The notes beneath the pieces are model-generated. The model did not search any database and was not told the DNA's origin. It saw nothing but the letters and a program-made list of their open reading frames with translations. This document shows positions 32,241-45,184 of a stretch of DNA of 64,000 nucleotides, piece after piece. Source of the DNA: the human T2T-CHM13v2.0 reference genome, Homo sapiens. The position numbers were made by a program, and so were the translations under genes. Location: assembly GCF_009914755.1 (NCBI RefSeq), contig NC_060947.1; one strand, written 5' to 3'. How positions within the stretch are numbered: position 1 is the stretch's first letter; every line of letters starts with the position of its first letter.

Positions 32241-33216
32241 CAGTAAAAATTCAAAAAAATATAAAATTTTGTAAAAGGCTGAAGAATTCACATTTGATTA
32301 TGTTGCCAATTTTTCTGTAGGGGTTCCTATGATAAAACTGATATTTGTGGAAGCCTATTCTGGCAATGGGGTATAGACTAGTTGGGGAGTAACTCGAATG
32401 CAGGAGGCCATACAGGAAGCTGCTATAGTAATATGTAATAGGCCATGAGCATCTGTGCAATAACACACAAGAAGGATTGAATGAGACTCCTACAGATGAA
32501 AAGAAACTGATAAGACCCTGAAGGAAGATTTGATGATGGGGAAGGAAGGCAAAGGGGAAATCAGTATCTGACAACTCTTGGGTTGCAAATCTGGAGAGCT
32601 GGGGACAGTGATTGAGCAGGGATGAGCTTAGATTTACTTGTCCCCCTTGTTTCAGTGGGCAGTAGTGGGTCTGGGCCAAATAAAATATGGGACTAGAGAG
32701 ACGAATAGAAACCAGTAAAGATTTACCAGCAAATGGCAAAACAAAATGTAAAAGCTATATAATGTGGTTTCAAGCCTAATTTAAGTAGTCAAAAGGGAGA
32801 AAACAAGTTGCAAAAGAAAAATGATAGACTAGTTCTCTTCATCAAATGTCCTTTTAAAATGTAGATTTAATGATTGGTATTGACATAAAATGTTTACTTA
32901 GCTGGCCTTCTGAAAAGTTCAGTTTATTTAATTTATACCCTAGAGTTTTTAAAAGGATTTTAATTAAAGAGTGTCATTAAATACTTATAGTCCAGTCAGA
33001 ATCTCAAAGCATTATAGAAGCACATAGCGCCTCTTACAAATGAGCAGAGAGGTAAGATGGAAAATCAAGGAGGCAAGTCACTATCAGGCATAGGAGAAGA
33101 ATACTAATACCCTGTAACACAAATCAGATGAGTGTGTCGTGATGTGTATTTGATGAGCATTTGCAGACAAGAATGCATACCTAAATTTCAGCACTTCATT
33201 AAAAAGTAATGGAGAC

Positions 33217-33250
<34 letters not shown>

Positions 33251-33330
33251 TATATATATACACACATATATATACACATATATATATATACACACACACA
33301 TATATATATACACACAGACACATATATATA
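33217..33330. repeat. Mixed (TA)n/(CA)n microsatellite
   Basis: Seen directly. Confidence 0.95.
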
Positions 33331-33359
33331 CCATCTGATCTTTGACAAACCTGACAAAA

Positions 33360-33509
33360 ACAAGTAATGGGGGAAAAGATTCCCTATTTTATATATATAT
33401 AAATATTTATATATATTATATTTTATATATATATATTTTACATATATTTATATTACATATAAATATTTATATATATATAAAATAGGGAATCTTTTCCCCC
33501 ATTACTTGT
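33360..33509. repeat. Perfect inverted repeat, 53-bp arms (33360-33412 / 33457-33509), 44-bp AT-rich spacer
   Basis: acaagtaatgggggaaaagattccctattttatatatatataaatatttatat and its exact reverse complement, checked by hand. Confidence 0.92.
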
Positions 33510-33627
33510 ATGGGGGAATACTAAACCTGTATTACATATATATATCATCTATATCATACTAAAACTGTATGATATATATATATATATCATCTATATCATA
33601 CTAAAACTGTATGTTATATATATCATA

Positions 33628-33841
33628 CAGGTTTTAGTATTCCTAGTCTAAAATGCTCCAGAAGTTTTTGAGTGCTGATGATGCTCAAAGGAAATTCTCA
33701 CTGGAGCATTTTTGGATTTGGGGTTTTTGGATTAGAGATGCTCAACTGGTAAGTACAATGCAAATATTCCAAAATCCAAAAACATCGGAAATCTGAAATA
33801 CTTCCAGTCCCAAGCATTTTGGACAAGGGATATTTAACCTG
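33628..33841. mobile_element. Tigger4/MER46-like (TcMar-Tigger) MITE
   Basis: TA|caggttttagtattcc...aagggatatttaacctg|TA ends; internal gctcaaaggaaattctcactggagcatt and gtcccaagcattttgga. Confidence 0.75.
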
Positions 33842-35350
33842 TATATAAATACACACATATATGTATATATACACTATATTTATATATAAGATATACTATG
33901 TACATTATAAATTATATACATTAAATATATAAATACTAGGAACTGTTAGCATTTCTGGTGCCTCTGAGCTTTCAAAGTCATCAAAATTGCATTCTCTAAA
34001 CTTCAATGTTCTATTAAGTCTATTAAGTAGCTGCTAAACGTTTTAACATTTGAATTATTCTATTTAATTTAACCCATAATTAAACTGGAATTATCTTCTT
34101 AGATGTTGACATTTTATAAGGCTATAAGTGGTTCTCTAGACCTGGGTACAGTCTGTCTGGATAGCTGAAAATAGGTATGTCCATTTGCAACCTTAGATAT
34201 CATACTTTGAAAAAAAGTAGGCACCAATACCCTAAAAAACCTGTTTCTTTGCTCTTTTTGTCTGATCACTGGAAAGATTATCTGAATGAGATGGAGGCTT
34301 TTTCATTCAGCCAAGTCTTTTTGTAAAAAACAAAACAAAACAAAAAACAGAGATTCTAATGGATTCAGATGGATTCTAATTAATTTTGAGAAGCAACAAG
34401 ATATAATTTTAACCAATTTTTTGAACTGAAATAAAAACAAGTGTAGTGTACTGTATGTCAAACAATATTCATTTAACCCTAAAAGCCACATGTATTGTTT
34501 ATTCAAACCTCAGTCATACTCTCTCTGAGTGGTACCCTATGAAGCTGTAATGGGTTGGCTTTCTAGTAGTGGGAGAAAGGGAGAACAAGTATTTGAAAAA
34601 TGGCCAAAAGCTAGGCTGAAATTCAGACTGTTTATAACTCCTGTGGCTTCCATTAATCTCTGGTGGCTTGAGCAGGTCAGAGAGGTAAACTGTCCTCTCA
34701 AAAGGACTAAGTGTACAATGAGATTCCGAGATACCCATGAAGATAAGCCTCAGAGAGCAAAACTATGCCAGCATGTGGCCACTTTTGAACCATACATCAT
34801 AAATAGGGTAGCCATAGAGCAGATTTATCTCAGACAACTCAGTTTTATTGCCTGTTTTTCTGGCAGGCATAATTATTAAGATTGCAGCTCTTGCTTTCAA
34901 AATGTGCCTCGGTTGAGATAGTAAATTACATAGTCACTCTAATCATAAGGCAAAGGGACATGAGACAAATCCCTGAGACAGGGGAAATGTTCTCTGTATT
35001 TTTTGAGGCAGAAGTTGAAATGAGCAGAATCAGGGCAAAGTGGAAGAGAGCAGGGAGGAATAAACCCATTGTGAAGTCTCTCCTTACCATGAGCTGGGTT
35101 CCATGGGGGAGCACTTTAATGCCAGTGCTCCATACCGAAGCTAGAGATGAAGAAGTGAGTAGAAGCAGATGACTTTAGGGAGCCTCTGCCAAACATCTAA
35201 TTCTATAAATTCTGCTGGGAGGGAGCAAGTGTGCTGAAATTTGAGAGAAGCTTTAAAAGGAAACTAGTATAAGGATTCTCCACTGATAGGCATTTGAGCT
35301 TCCAATGATGATATACAACAATACAAGAAATCTGCAAGTTTTATAAAGCA

Positions 35351-36548
35351 CAAAATTAGAAAAAACTACTTTAAATTTCAAATGGAACCAAAAAAGAGCC
35401 CATATAGCCAGGACAATCCTAAGCAAAAGGAACAAAGCTGGAGGCATCACACTATCTGACTTCAAACTATACTACAAGGCTACAGTAACCAAAACAGCAT
35501 GGTACTGGTACCAAAACAGATATATAGACCAATGGAACAGAACAGAGGCCTCAGAAATAATGCCACTTATCTGTAACCATCTGATCTTTGACAAACCTGA
35601 GAAAAACAAGCAATGGAGGAAAAGATTCCCTATTTAATAAATGGTGTTGGGAAAACCTGGCTAGCCATATGCAGAAAAATGAAACTGGACCCCTTCCTTA
35701 CACCTCATGCAAGAATTAACTCAAGATGGATTAAAGGCTTAAACGTAAGACCTAAAACCATAAAAACCCTAGAAGAAAACCTAGGCAACACCATTCAGGG
35801 CATAGGCATGGGCAAAGACTCCATGACTAAAACACCAAAAGCAATGGCAACAAAAGCCAAACTAGACAAATGGGATCTAATTAAACTAACGAGCTTCTTC
35901 ACAGCAAAAGAAACTATCATCAGAGTGCACAGGCAACCTACAGAATGGGAGAAAATTTGTGCAATCTATCTATCTGACAAAGAGCTAATATCCAGAACCT
36001 ACAAAGAACTTAAACAAATTTACAAGAAAAAAAAACCAACCCCATCAAAAAGTGAGCAAAGGATATGAACAGACACTTCTCAAAAGAAGACATTTATATG
36101 GCCCACAAACATATGAAAAAGAGCTCATCATCACTGGTCATTAGAGAAGTGCAAATCAAAACCACAATGAGATACCATCTCATGCCAGTTAGAATGGTGA
36201 TCCTTAAAAAGTCAGGAAACAACAGATGCTGGAAAGGATGAGAAATTGGAACACTTTTACACTCTTGGTGGGAGTGTAAATTAGTTCAACCATTGTGGAA
36301 GACAGTGCGGTGATTTCTCAAGGATCTAGAACCAGAAATACCATTTGACCTAGCAATCCCATTACTGAGTATATACCCAAAGGATTATAAATCATGCTAC
36401 TATAAAGACACATGCACCGGTATGTTTATTGCAGCACCATTCACAATAGCAAGACTTGGAACCAACCCAAATGCCCATCAATGATAGATGGGATAAAGAA
36501 AATGTGACACATATACACCATGGAATACTATACAGCCATAAAAAGGAT
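35351..36548 (+). mobile_element. L1PA fragment (ORF2 3' part), truncated at both ends
   Basis: Translates to L1 ORF2-like [70 protein letters not shown]. Ends abruptly at cagccataaaaaggat without 3' UTR or poly(A). Confidence 0.93.
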
Positions 36549-37059
36549 CAGACAGTTATTTTCTTAAAAAATACTTCTTTGTCAAATGAAGTACTTTATT
36601 GTTTGGGCTGTCAATATAAGATCTTAGTATTTTTAACAAAATAGCTCCTTGAGAAATACCAAAACACACACAACGGGGGGAATTCCTGCCAACAGTAGCA
36701 AGCCAAATCTGAAGAAGAGTACAAAATTATTTGTCCAGAAAAATCATAAATACTTACTTTTTAAAAAGTGCATTGTGAGAATGCATGCGTTTCCAGGAGG
36801 AAATCAGAAGAGAGTGAATACAGAAACTACGAGCTGGATGGTACCCACCATCCACACTCTGCTCTTTCAATGGAGATGTGGCTAAACAGATCCAAGTTTA
36901 TGGTGAGAAACAGAATCTTTGCTTCTCAGAGCAGTCCCAATGCATCTGCTGGATTGTTACCATATCTGGCCCCTGGAAAGATGGTCATCACACAGTCTGT
37001 TCCTCCCGGTAGCCTCAGAAATAAGAGTTCCCAAATTTGCTTTGCTTCCCCAAGTTGAG

Positions 37060-37310
37060 AGGCAGTATAATATAATGGCTAAGAGAACAGATTGGAGCCA
37101 AACAGTTTGGATTCAAATTCTGGCTCTGCTCCTTCCTACTTATGTGACTTTGGGCAAATGAATTAACTTCTCTGTGCCTCAGTTTCCTTATTGCTAAAAT
37201 GGAGACAATAATGCCTACCTTATAGGGTTGTGAAGATTAAATGAATTAGTATATGCAAAGCATTTAGAATTGTGCTTGGCACACTGTGTCAGCTAAATGT
37301 TAGCTGCTAT
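37060..37310 (+). mobile_element. MIR
   Basis: ttcaaattctggctctgc...tgtgactttgggcaaatgaattaacttctctgtgcctcagtttcc...aaaatggagacaataatgcctacc. Confidence 0.8.
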
Positions 37311-37452
37311 TCCTAATCCCCTTTCTTCCCATTCTTTGCCTCCACTTCTTTTTCCTCCTTCTCCTCAAGGGTAGCTTACACATGGGGGAATACCCGGCTT
37401 AAGGGACTCCCACAAGTGTGCTGTGTATTTAACAAAGAAAAGGGCTTGGATC

Positions 37453-37483
37453 AAACAAACAAACAAACAAACAAGCAAACAAA
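37453..37483. repeat. (AAAC)n
   Basis: Seen directly. Confidence 0.9.
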
Positions 37484-37800
37484 GCCTAGCAAAGATAACT
37501 GCATGCCTGCACATTGAAAAGGAATCATTTCATCTCTAAATCATTGGAAGACAGGGTCCTGGAGATATTTTTAAAAATGGCTAGAGAGATTTCTTCGGCT
37601 CACACCTTCTAAACTGGCTTAGAATTTCTCATAATTATGCTAGTCCTCTATTTCCAATTTTTTAAAAAAGAGTTTGCATCTTAATTAAAATCTCTTTTCT
37701 CTCTTGGCTAAAAATGAGGCTTGACAGGAAAGATATCTGCTTCATTGGTAGGAGTACAATTTACAAAGTTATAAAGTGAAGTCTTAAAAATCCAAGTGCC

Positions 37801-38117
<317 letters not shown>

Positions 38118-38982
38118 CTACCACATCCATGAACTGAAAATAAAAAGCAGGACAGAGAGGAGAAACTCAATGACCTACCCATGCTGACTGTCTGGTCAAC
38201 CTGAAAATGAAAAGCAGTCAGTTGTATACACTGCTCTTCCTTCTCATGTATCTTTTACCTCTGTTTGCACTGTCAGTCAACAAACCAGGTTGATTTCTAT
38301 AAATTGTTGGAGTCTAAGCTCATAAAGACTATTATAATGTGAGTAATGGGCACATCCAATGGTGTTTCTGGGCAGCTATGGAATTCCTTGAAGGAGTTAG
38401 AAAGAATAAGGTTGAAGAAAGAGTGGCTTTAACCACCCATGAAGAAATAATTGCTCTGAAATGCTTCACTGGGAATTCCTTATTTTTATTATAGAAACAG
38501 ATTCATATACACACAAAAAAGTCCTCCAATCCCAGAAACAGAATGGGGTATTACTGACCCTGACAGGACAACCCAGATGGCCGATTAGGAATCAGTGCTA
38601 TTAATTTGTTAAACTCAATGTGAAAGTCAACGCTGTCCCATCCACTGTCTGAATGACTTTCTATTCAAGAAGAAATATTCTAGACGTAAGAAACATGCCA
38701 AGAAGGAACATGATGACCTTAGAGGGACGGGGTCCTGGGACAGTCAGCAAGTACGTGGGGATGAATTTTGAGCACAAGAGATGGAGAGAAAGCAAAAACA
38801 ATCTGGAACATTTCCATGGAAGGAGATCCAGTTGGGATTTAGATGAGGAGAGGTAGGTGAGGATGGCAAATCTCTAAAATGGTCCCATACACATGAACAT
38901 AAATGATTCACTTTTGAAAAGGTATTATTAATGACAGCGAGACTCTTCTATAGCTATGAAAATATCAGAGTATATCAATACA

Positions 38983-39314
38983 CAGTCGTCCCTCAGTATC
39001 TATGCGGAATTGGTTCCACGACCCCCCACAGATGCCAAAATCCACAGATGCTCAAGTCCCTGATAAAAAATGGCATAGTGTTTGCATATAACTTACACAC
39101 ATACTCCCATATACTTTAAATAATCTCTAGATTACTTATAAAACTTAATACAATGTAAATGCTATGTAAATAGTCATTTTACTATATTGGTTTCTAAAAT
39201 TTGTAATTTTTAGATTGTTGTACTGTTACTTTTAACGTGTTTTTAAAAATTATTTTCTATCTGCAGTTGGTTGAATCCATGGATGTGCAACCAGTGAATA
39301 TAGAGGGCGGACTG
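38983..39314. mobile_element. MER2 (TcMar-Tigger) element
   Basis: cagtcgtccctcagtatc...atagagggcggactg|ta TIRs; internal gatgctcaagtccctgataaaaaatggcatagtgtttgcatataac. Confidence 0.85.
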
Positions 39315-39362
39315 TATTTTGAAGTTTAGGTGAGAATGTATAAACTCAAAAATTACTGAGTT

Positions 39363-39573
39363 AATTTTAATTTTTTTTATTTTATTGTGGTAAGGACACT
39401 TAACGAGATTTACCCTTTTAACAAACTTAAGTATACAATACTATATGGTTAACTATACACACACAATGTTGTACTGCAGATCTTTAGAACTTGTTCACCT
39501 TGGAGGGGGAAGTGGGGAGCTGCTAATCAACAGGCATAAGGTTTCAGTTATACAAGATGAATTTTCATTTTTT
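39363..39573 (-). mobile_element. Short 5'-inverted old L1 (L1MA/MB-like) with TSD
   Basis: Minus-strand L1 3' end (39371-39501) joined to a plus-strand upstream L1 piece (39502-39561). TSD aatttt(a/c)atttttt. Confidence 0.7.
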
Positions 39574-40672
39574 AAAGTAGTGTTTCTCATTAACAATGTT
39601 TCTTTCCTATCATCATGACCAGGAGATGGTGGTGTTTCTGCAGAAAATGTGGGCCAAAACATAAACAACTTGAGACTAATTTGTGAGAATCTATATTTGG
39701 ATTTGCTGTTATTTTCTTCAGTTTTCTTTGATTTTGAAAACTTTGAAAAACTGGTCAATTTTTATGATGTTTAAAATCAATGAAGTATCTCACATACCAC
39801 TTCCCTGAAGATCCCGGATTCTAGCTGAGATGGGATCTGAGGTGCAATTTTGCTGCTCTTTCGGAAAGAGAAATCAAGTGTCTTAGGTAAAATGGCACTT
39901 ATCTTGAACACTGACTAATATACTTTTAAACAATTGCTTCCAGTTTCATTTACCTTGAAGGAGTTAGCAGAAATATCAAAATTTCATAAAAAGTGACTTC
40001 CATTTTCTCCCTGGGCTCATTTGAGATATGTTGGATGAACGGGCTTGGGTTGAGCAAATTGTAAGTTCCACCATTTCTCCTGCCTCCCTACTGCATCTGT
40101 ACTTGGAATGCTGTCAAGAGCTTTTTGTGACTGTGGCTCTTTTTGTATTAAATAAACCAGTCAGCATGATATATGATTAATATTATGTTATGCCAGGGGA
40201 AACAGGAAGACACAAAGCAATAACAGTGCAAGAATATATTTCTGAATGCTTATTTTTGAACCAGATTAAGTCCTGAAGGTGGTCAAAGAAGATCAATGAG
40301 AACTAGAGTGATTGGGCAAAACTATTAGAAGAGGTGCAACTTCAACTGGACCCTTGAAAGATGAGTAGGATGCGAATAGGTAGAAGAGGAGCGGGGGCTA
40401 TTCCAAGCTTGTGAAAAATAACAGTTTAAGTGAAGCACATAACAGGAGGGAAGGTAGGAAGAAACATAGCATGTAACAGAACAAAGAGATCAGCCAGCCA
40501 GCCTAAAGGAGATGTGTGTGTTGGTGTCAGAGAAATGAGGCTGGAAAGTAGGTTAAGGAAGGATCAGACTGTTTCACAGAGGGTCTTTAAAAACAAGCTG
40601 AAAAATTCAGATTGGATAATATGGTAAGAAATGGTAGCATGATCAAGTAGTTTCTCAAAAAGAAAATTCCTA

Positions 40673-40972
40673 GGCTGGGCTCATGTCTGTAATCCCAGCA
40701 CTTTGGGAGGCCGAGGCAGGAGAATCATTTGTGACCAGGAGTTTGAGACCAACCTGGGCAACATAGCGAGACCATGTCTCTAAAAAAAAAAAAAAATTGG
40801 TTGGGCACGGTGGTGCACGCCTGTAGTCCCAGCTACTCAGGAGGCTGAGACAGAAGGGTAGCTTGTAGTTTGAGGCTGCAGTGAGCTATAATTGTGCCAG
40901 TGCACTACAGCCTGGATGACAGAGTGAGACCCTGTCTCTGAAAAACAGGAAACAGCCAAAAGAAAGAAGAGT
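40673..40972 (+). mobile_element. Alu (AluJ-like)
   Basis: TSD aaaagaaaattcctag on both sides. Confidence 0.92.
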
Positions 40973-41659
40973 AAAAGAAAATTCCTAGATTAGGGTATTA
41001 TGTAGCATGTATAATGTAGAAAGAACATTATAGACCCCTACAGCCTGGGGAGGGACTGGATTCATGGTGGGATCAGAAGTTGGGGATCCCAGGAGTGTAT
41101 GACTGCCACCAGTTATCTCCCTAATTTTTGAGCCAATCTTTCCTCACCCTGGAGTGCAGAGAACAAGGAGGGATGTGGTGCGAGTTGAGGCTGGAGAGAC
41201 AGTCTCAGAAGTCTTCCTTCACCTCCCTGACTAGGTCAACCCCTCTCAATTATTGGCTTTTATAACAACTTTCCTTTGTGGCATGTGGCACAGTTGCAAT
41301 TTTATAATTACTTATATCATGACGTGGTGTCTATCTTCCCTACTAAAACTCCATGAAGGCAGGTTCCATGTCCATTTTTGTTCACCATTGTATCTCTAGC
41401 ACTGGTGCAGTGCCAGGCTCTTAGTGATTGCTTAACAATGTTTGCTGAATGAAAGAAAGTAGACATTTACACTCAAGACACTTTAAGCCTAGAGTGAGAG
41501 AAGGGTAAGTTAAGGCCTTGATGGGAAAACATGGGCAGTGTGGTAAGATACTCTCTTAGGAGTATCTGCACACAACAATGTGCCATGCATGTCCCGTCTT
41601 CCCCTTTACTCCCCTGTACTAGGAGATATCCTTGTCATACTCCTATGAATGGGTCCCAA

Positions 41660-41890
41660 CAGGTAGTATAGAAGTTAAGAGCTTGAAACTCTGAAGCCAG
41701 ACTGACCAGGTTAAAATTCTAGCTCTGCCACTTACTACCATTTGTCCTTGGACAAATCACTCAACTTTTCTGCCTTAGCTTCCGCATCTGTAGAATGGGG
41801 ATATAAATAGTTGCTACTATTTTTGCCAGGATCAAATGAGCTATTCCACACATAAGTGCTTAGAACATTGTCTGGCACATTGTACGTGCT
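41660..41890 (+). mobile_element. MIR
   Basis: ctagctctgccacttacta...ccttggacaaatcactcaac...catctgtagaatggggata...agtgcttagaacattgtctggcacat. Confidence 0.75.
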
Positions 41891-42110
41891 ACATTTAGAC
41901 ACCATTTACTAAATGCATACTTGGCTTTCAATACAGTTAATACCTACCCCAAATACCTTTCCCTTGTCTAGAGTCCAAGTACATAGCCTTCCCTGTTGTT
42001 TTGGCAAGATGAGCAGGGGACAGGAAGTGGAAATGATCAATGGTGGAGGGAAGCTGGGTGTGGGTTTGGGTTTGAAGCCTGCCTTCCCAGAATGTGGCAG
42101 TAGTATAATC

Positions 42111-42582
42111 TCTGAAGAGATTTAAAAAAAAAAAAACTTTTATTTTAGGTTTGAGGATACCTATGAAAGTCTGTTACATAGGTAAACTCCTGTCATGAGG
42201 GTTTGTTGTACAGATTCTTTCCTGCTTCTCTCCCTCCTCTCACCCTCCATCCTCAAGAAGACCCCAGTGTCTGTTACTTCCTTCTTTGTGTTCGTAAGTT
42301 CTCATCATTTAGCTCCCACTTATAAGTGAGAACATGCAGTATTTGGGGAAAAAAAAAGACACATGCACGCAAATGTTCATTGCAGCAGTATTCACAATTC
42401 TGAAGACACAGAATCAACCTAAATGCCCATCAATGACAGACTGGATAAAGAAAATGTGGTATATATACACCATGGAATACTATGCAGCCATAAAAATGAA
42501 TGAGAGCATGTCTTTTGCAGGAAGATAGATGGAGTTGGAGGCTATCATCCTTAGCAAACTAACACAGGATCTGAAGAGATTT
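42111..42582 (-). mobile_element. 5'-inverted L1PA (older subfamily) with TSD
   Basis: Minus-strand L1 3' UTR (~42137-42346) joined to a plus-strand upstream L1 piece (~42355-42569). Perfect TSD tctgaagagattt at 42111-42123 and 42570-42582. Confidence 0.85.
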
Positions 42583-45184
42583 TTTCTTCTGATAAAATTT
42601 CCCTTAAGGTTCCAGTGGCTGTTTGCACTATGCTTCCAGTCCTAATGAGGTTTGCTGAAGTGCTAGCAATGACACACATTCTGCCAACGCTCTCCTTGAC
42701 TGTCCCAGCCTCAAAGACACGTCTAGCCAATGAAGGCTAGGTCTGAGATTCAATCCGCGTCTAGGATTGCTGTCTGACCCAGGAAGAAAGACACACATTA
42801 GTGTTTGGGGACAGTGCAGAGAGGCTATTTCAATGCCCTTTATATGAAGGTTTGCAAGTTCAGCAGTCAAAAGATTATTTCTTCTTCAGTATTTGGCCTG
42901 CAGTCAGGGTGGCCAGCATAGGGGAGAGGTTTCTGGGTTCCCTGCTGTATGAGTAATACGCTTATATAAGATACAGTATTGTAAAAACGTCATTTCCATG
43001 GGAAAAAATAACTAGGTGCTTCAAAAGTTAGAACTTCAAAGGAGTTTCAACCACATTATATACAGCTGAAAGATGCAAAGAAACTGGAGGCAATGAAAGA
43101 ACAACAATTTTTACAAAAGTGTAGGATTTAGTCTTTATAAAGGAAGATGAAAGAAAATTGTGCATTTAGGCTGGATGAGAGGTTGCAAAGAAAGAACTTA
43201 ATGAATTATCAAGTATATAAAGGGACAATACATGGCCAGTAATAACTAGCTTTTATCTGTTGCTTCTGAGGACATAAAAAAGAAAAGAAATTTAAATTGT
43301 AACGATAGAACAGTACATAAAATAGCTAGTTCCAGGATCTGTTACCACAAGAAGAACTAGAACTAAAGTTCTGTCTATGGAGATTACATTTTAAAAAGGC
43401 AAAACTATCAAAGATAGAGGAGAAGGTGCAATGATACTTAACTCGGGGGTAATAAATATAGTAATTACTATATAAAATATAGTAATTGTTACTTATAAAC
43501 CAATAACTCTGTATTAGGCCATCTCCTAGCACTCTACGCCATCTCAGTTAATCTACACAACCCATTTCATACGTAGTAAGCATAATCTCCATTTTTACAC
43601 CTGAGAAAACCAAGGTTTTGAGTGGTTAAATAGTTTGTCCAAGATAACAGCACTCGTAGGTGGTAGCCCTGCAATGTCAAATCTATGACCTTCTGGCTTC
43701 AGAGCCTCTGTCCTTTGCATTATACCGTATTGCCCCTAGGTTGCAGTGACATGTCTTTTCACTGTTGCCTTTCCTTTCTATTATCAATTGTTTTCCAGTT
43801 TAGATTTCACATATCCTTTTCCCCAAAGGGAATAATATCAGCCTAACAGCTGGATTATAGTGACCAACTGGTTATATTAGCAACCACATGTACACCTCTG
43901 CTCAGTATGGACTTTCTTTTGAGCCACACTGAAATTAAGTTGGGGCCAAGACAAGAAAGGAGGTGAGGAACAAAATATCCATCTTTCTTGACTGAAATGT
44001 AACAGCTACACTGTAGTACAGACATATACACACACACATTGTGAGAAACATGTATGGAAAGATCCAGGGCCTTACCAAAGCATAAATCAAATTAGGCTGT
44101 AACTAAATCCATATTGACTTATGAGGGCTGATGCAAATAGCATATTAAAAGGGATGAGCATACACTGGTAGTCCAAACAAGCTCAGTCCTTCCAAAAAGC
44201 AATGTTAACTGTAGTTTCCTAAAGTGGTATAGGGGAAGAAAACAACTTGGAGATCAGGAATGAGACCAAGTAATTTCCTATTGACGAGGAATCAATGTAT
44301 AGTCAACACCATCTACCACAGTCAATCAGTAATTCAGGGGGAAAAATGCACAACAACCATATTCTTTTTTGGTAGCACCTAATTCAAATCCTGACTAAAT
44401 TTCTAGTAATCATTCCAATCTAGTGTGCATTCATTTAAAGAGCACCTACTCTGCCTGGCACAGTGGGAGAAATAAAGATAAATGAAAAAGAGTATCTGTC
44501 TTGAAGAGCTTATGCATTAATAGGGATGATAATACATGGGCACAAATAATAAAAAACAGAAGTTGACAAGGTGATAAATGCTCCAGAAGAAGCACAGGTT
44601 AAGTGCTGAGGAGTCCTAGAGTAGAGACAGGTTTACTTCTAGTTTGCAGGATTTAAAAACATTTCATGGAAGAAGTGGCAATTAGGCTGGATTTTGAAGG
44701 ATAAGCAGGATTTATGGGTGGAGAAATTAGGGATGGAAGTGGGAAGGCAGAAAAGAAAGGCCTTCCAACTACTACTTATCAAAATGCGACCTGAGGACGG
44801 CCTGCAATAGAATCTGAGGAAGCTGCATTTGTGCTAGGTCTTGAAGGACTAGCAGGACTTCCACAGGCAGGGATGGAGAAAAAGAATTTTCCAGAAAGAG
44901 GAAACATTTTCTCCATCCAACCTGTACATGTGCAGTTGTTACTTAGACAGCCCTTTTGTCTCCTTTTCATCCCAGTTCCTTATCATGAAATGGCCACCAC
45001 TCATTCATCTCAAATTGGTTGCCATATGGTCGGACTTAGATGCTTTAACCAATCAGGAACTGAAATTGGTTGCTTTTCCACTGGTTCACTCAGGTTTCAG
45101 AATTTTAATGTGCTCAATTTAAGTGCACTAAACTCAGATTTTTTAAAACAAATCCTTGGTTCCAGGTTATCTACATGGTCTCAG

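Noticed and set aside
32251-32739. 162-aa minus-strand ORF
   Set aside because: No recognisable domain, and it overlaps degenerate L2-like sequence; consistent with a chance ORF.
35613-36068. 151-aa ORF with L1 ORF2 similarity
   Set aside because: It is a fragment of a truncated, disrupted L1 copy, not a host gene.
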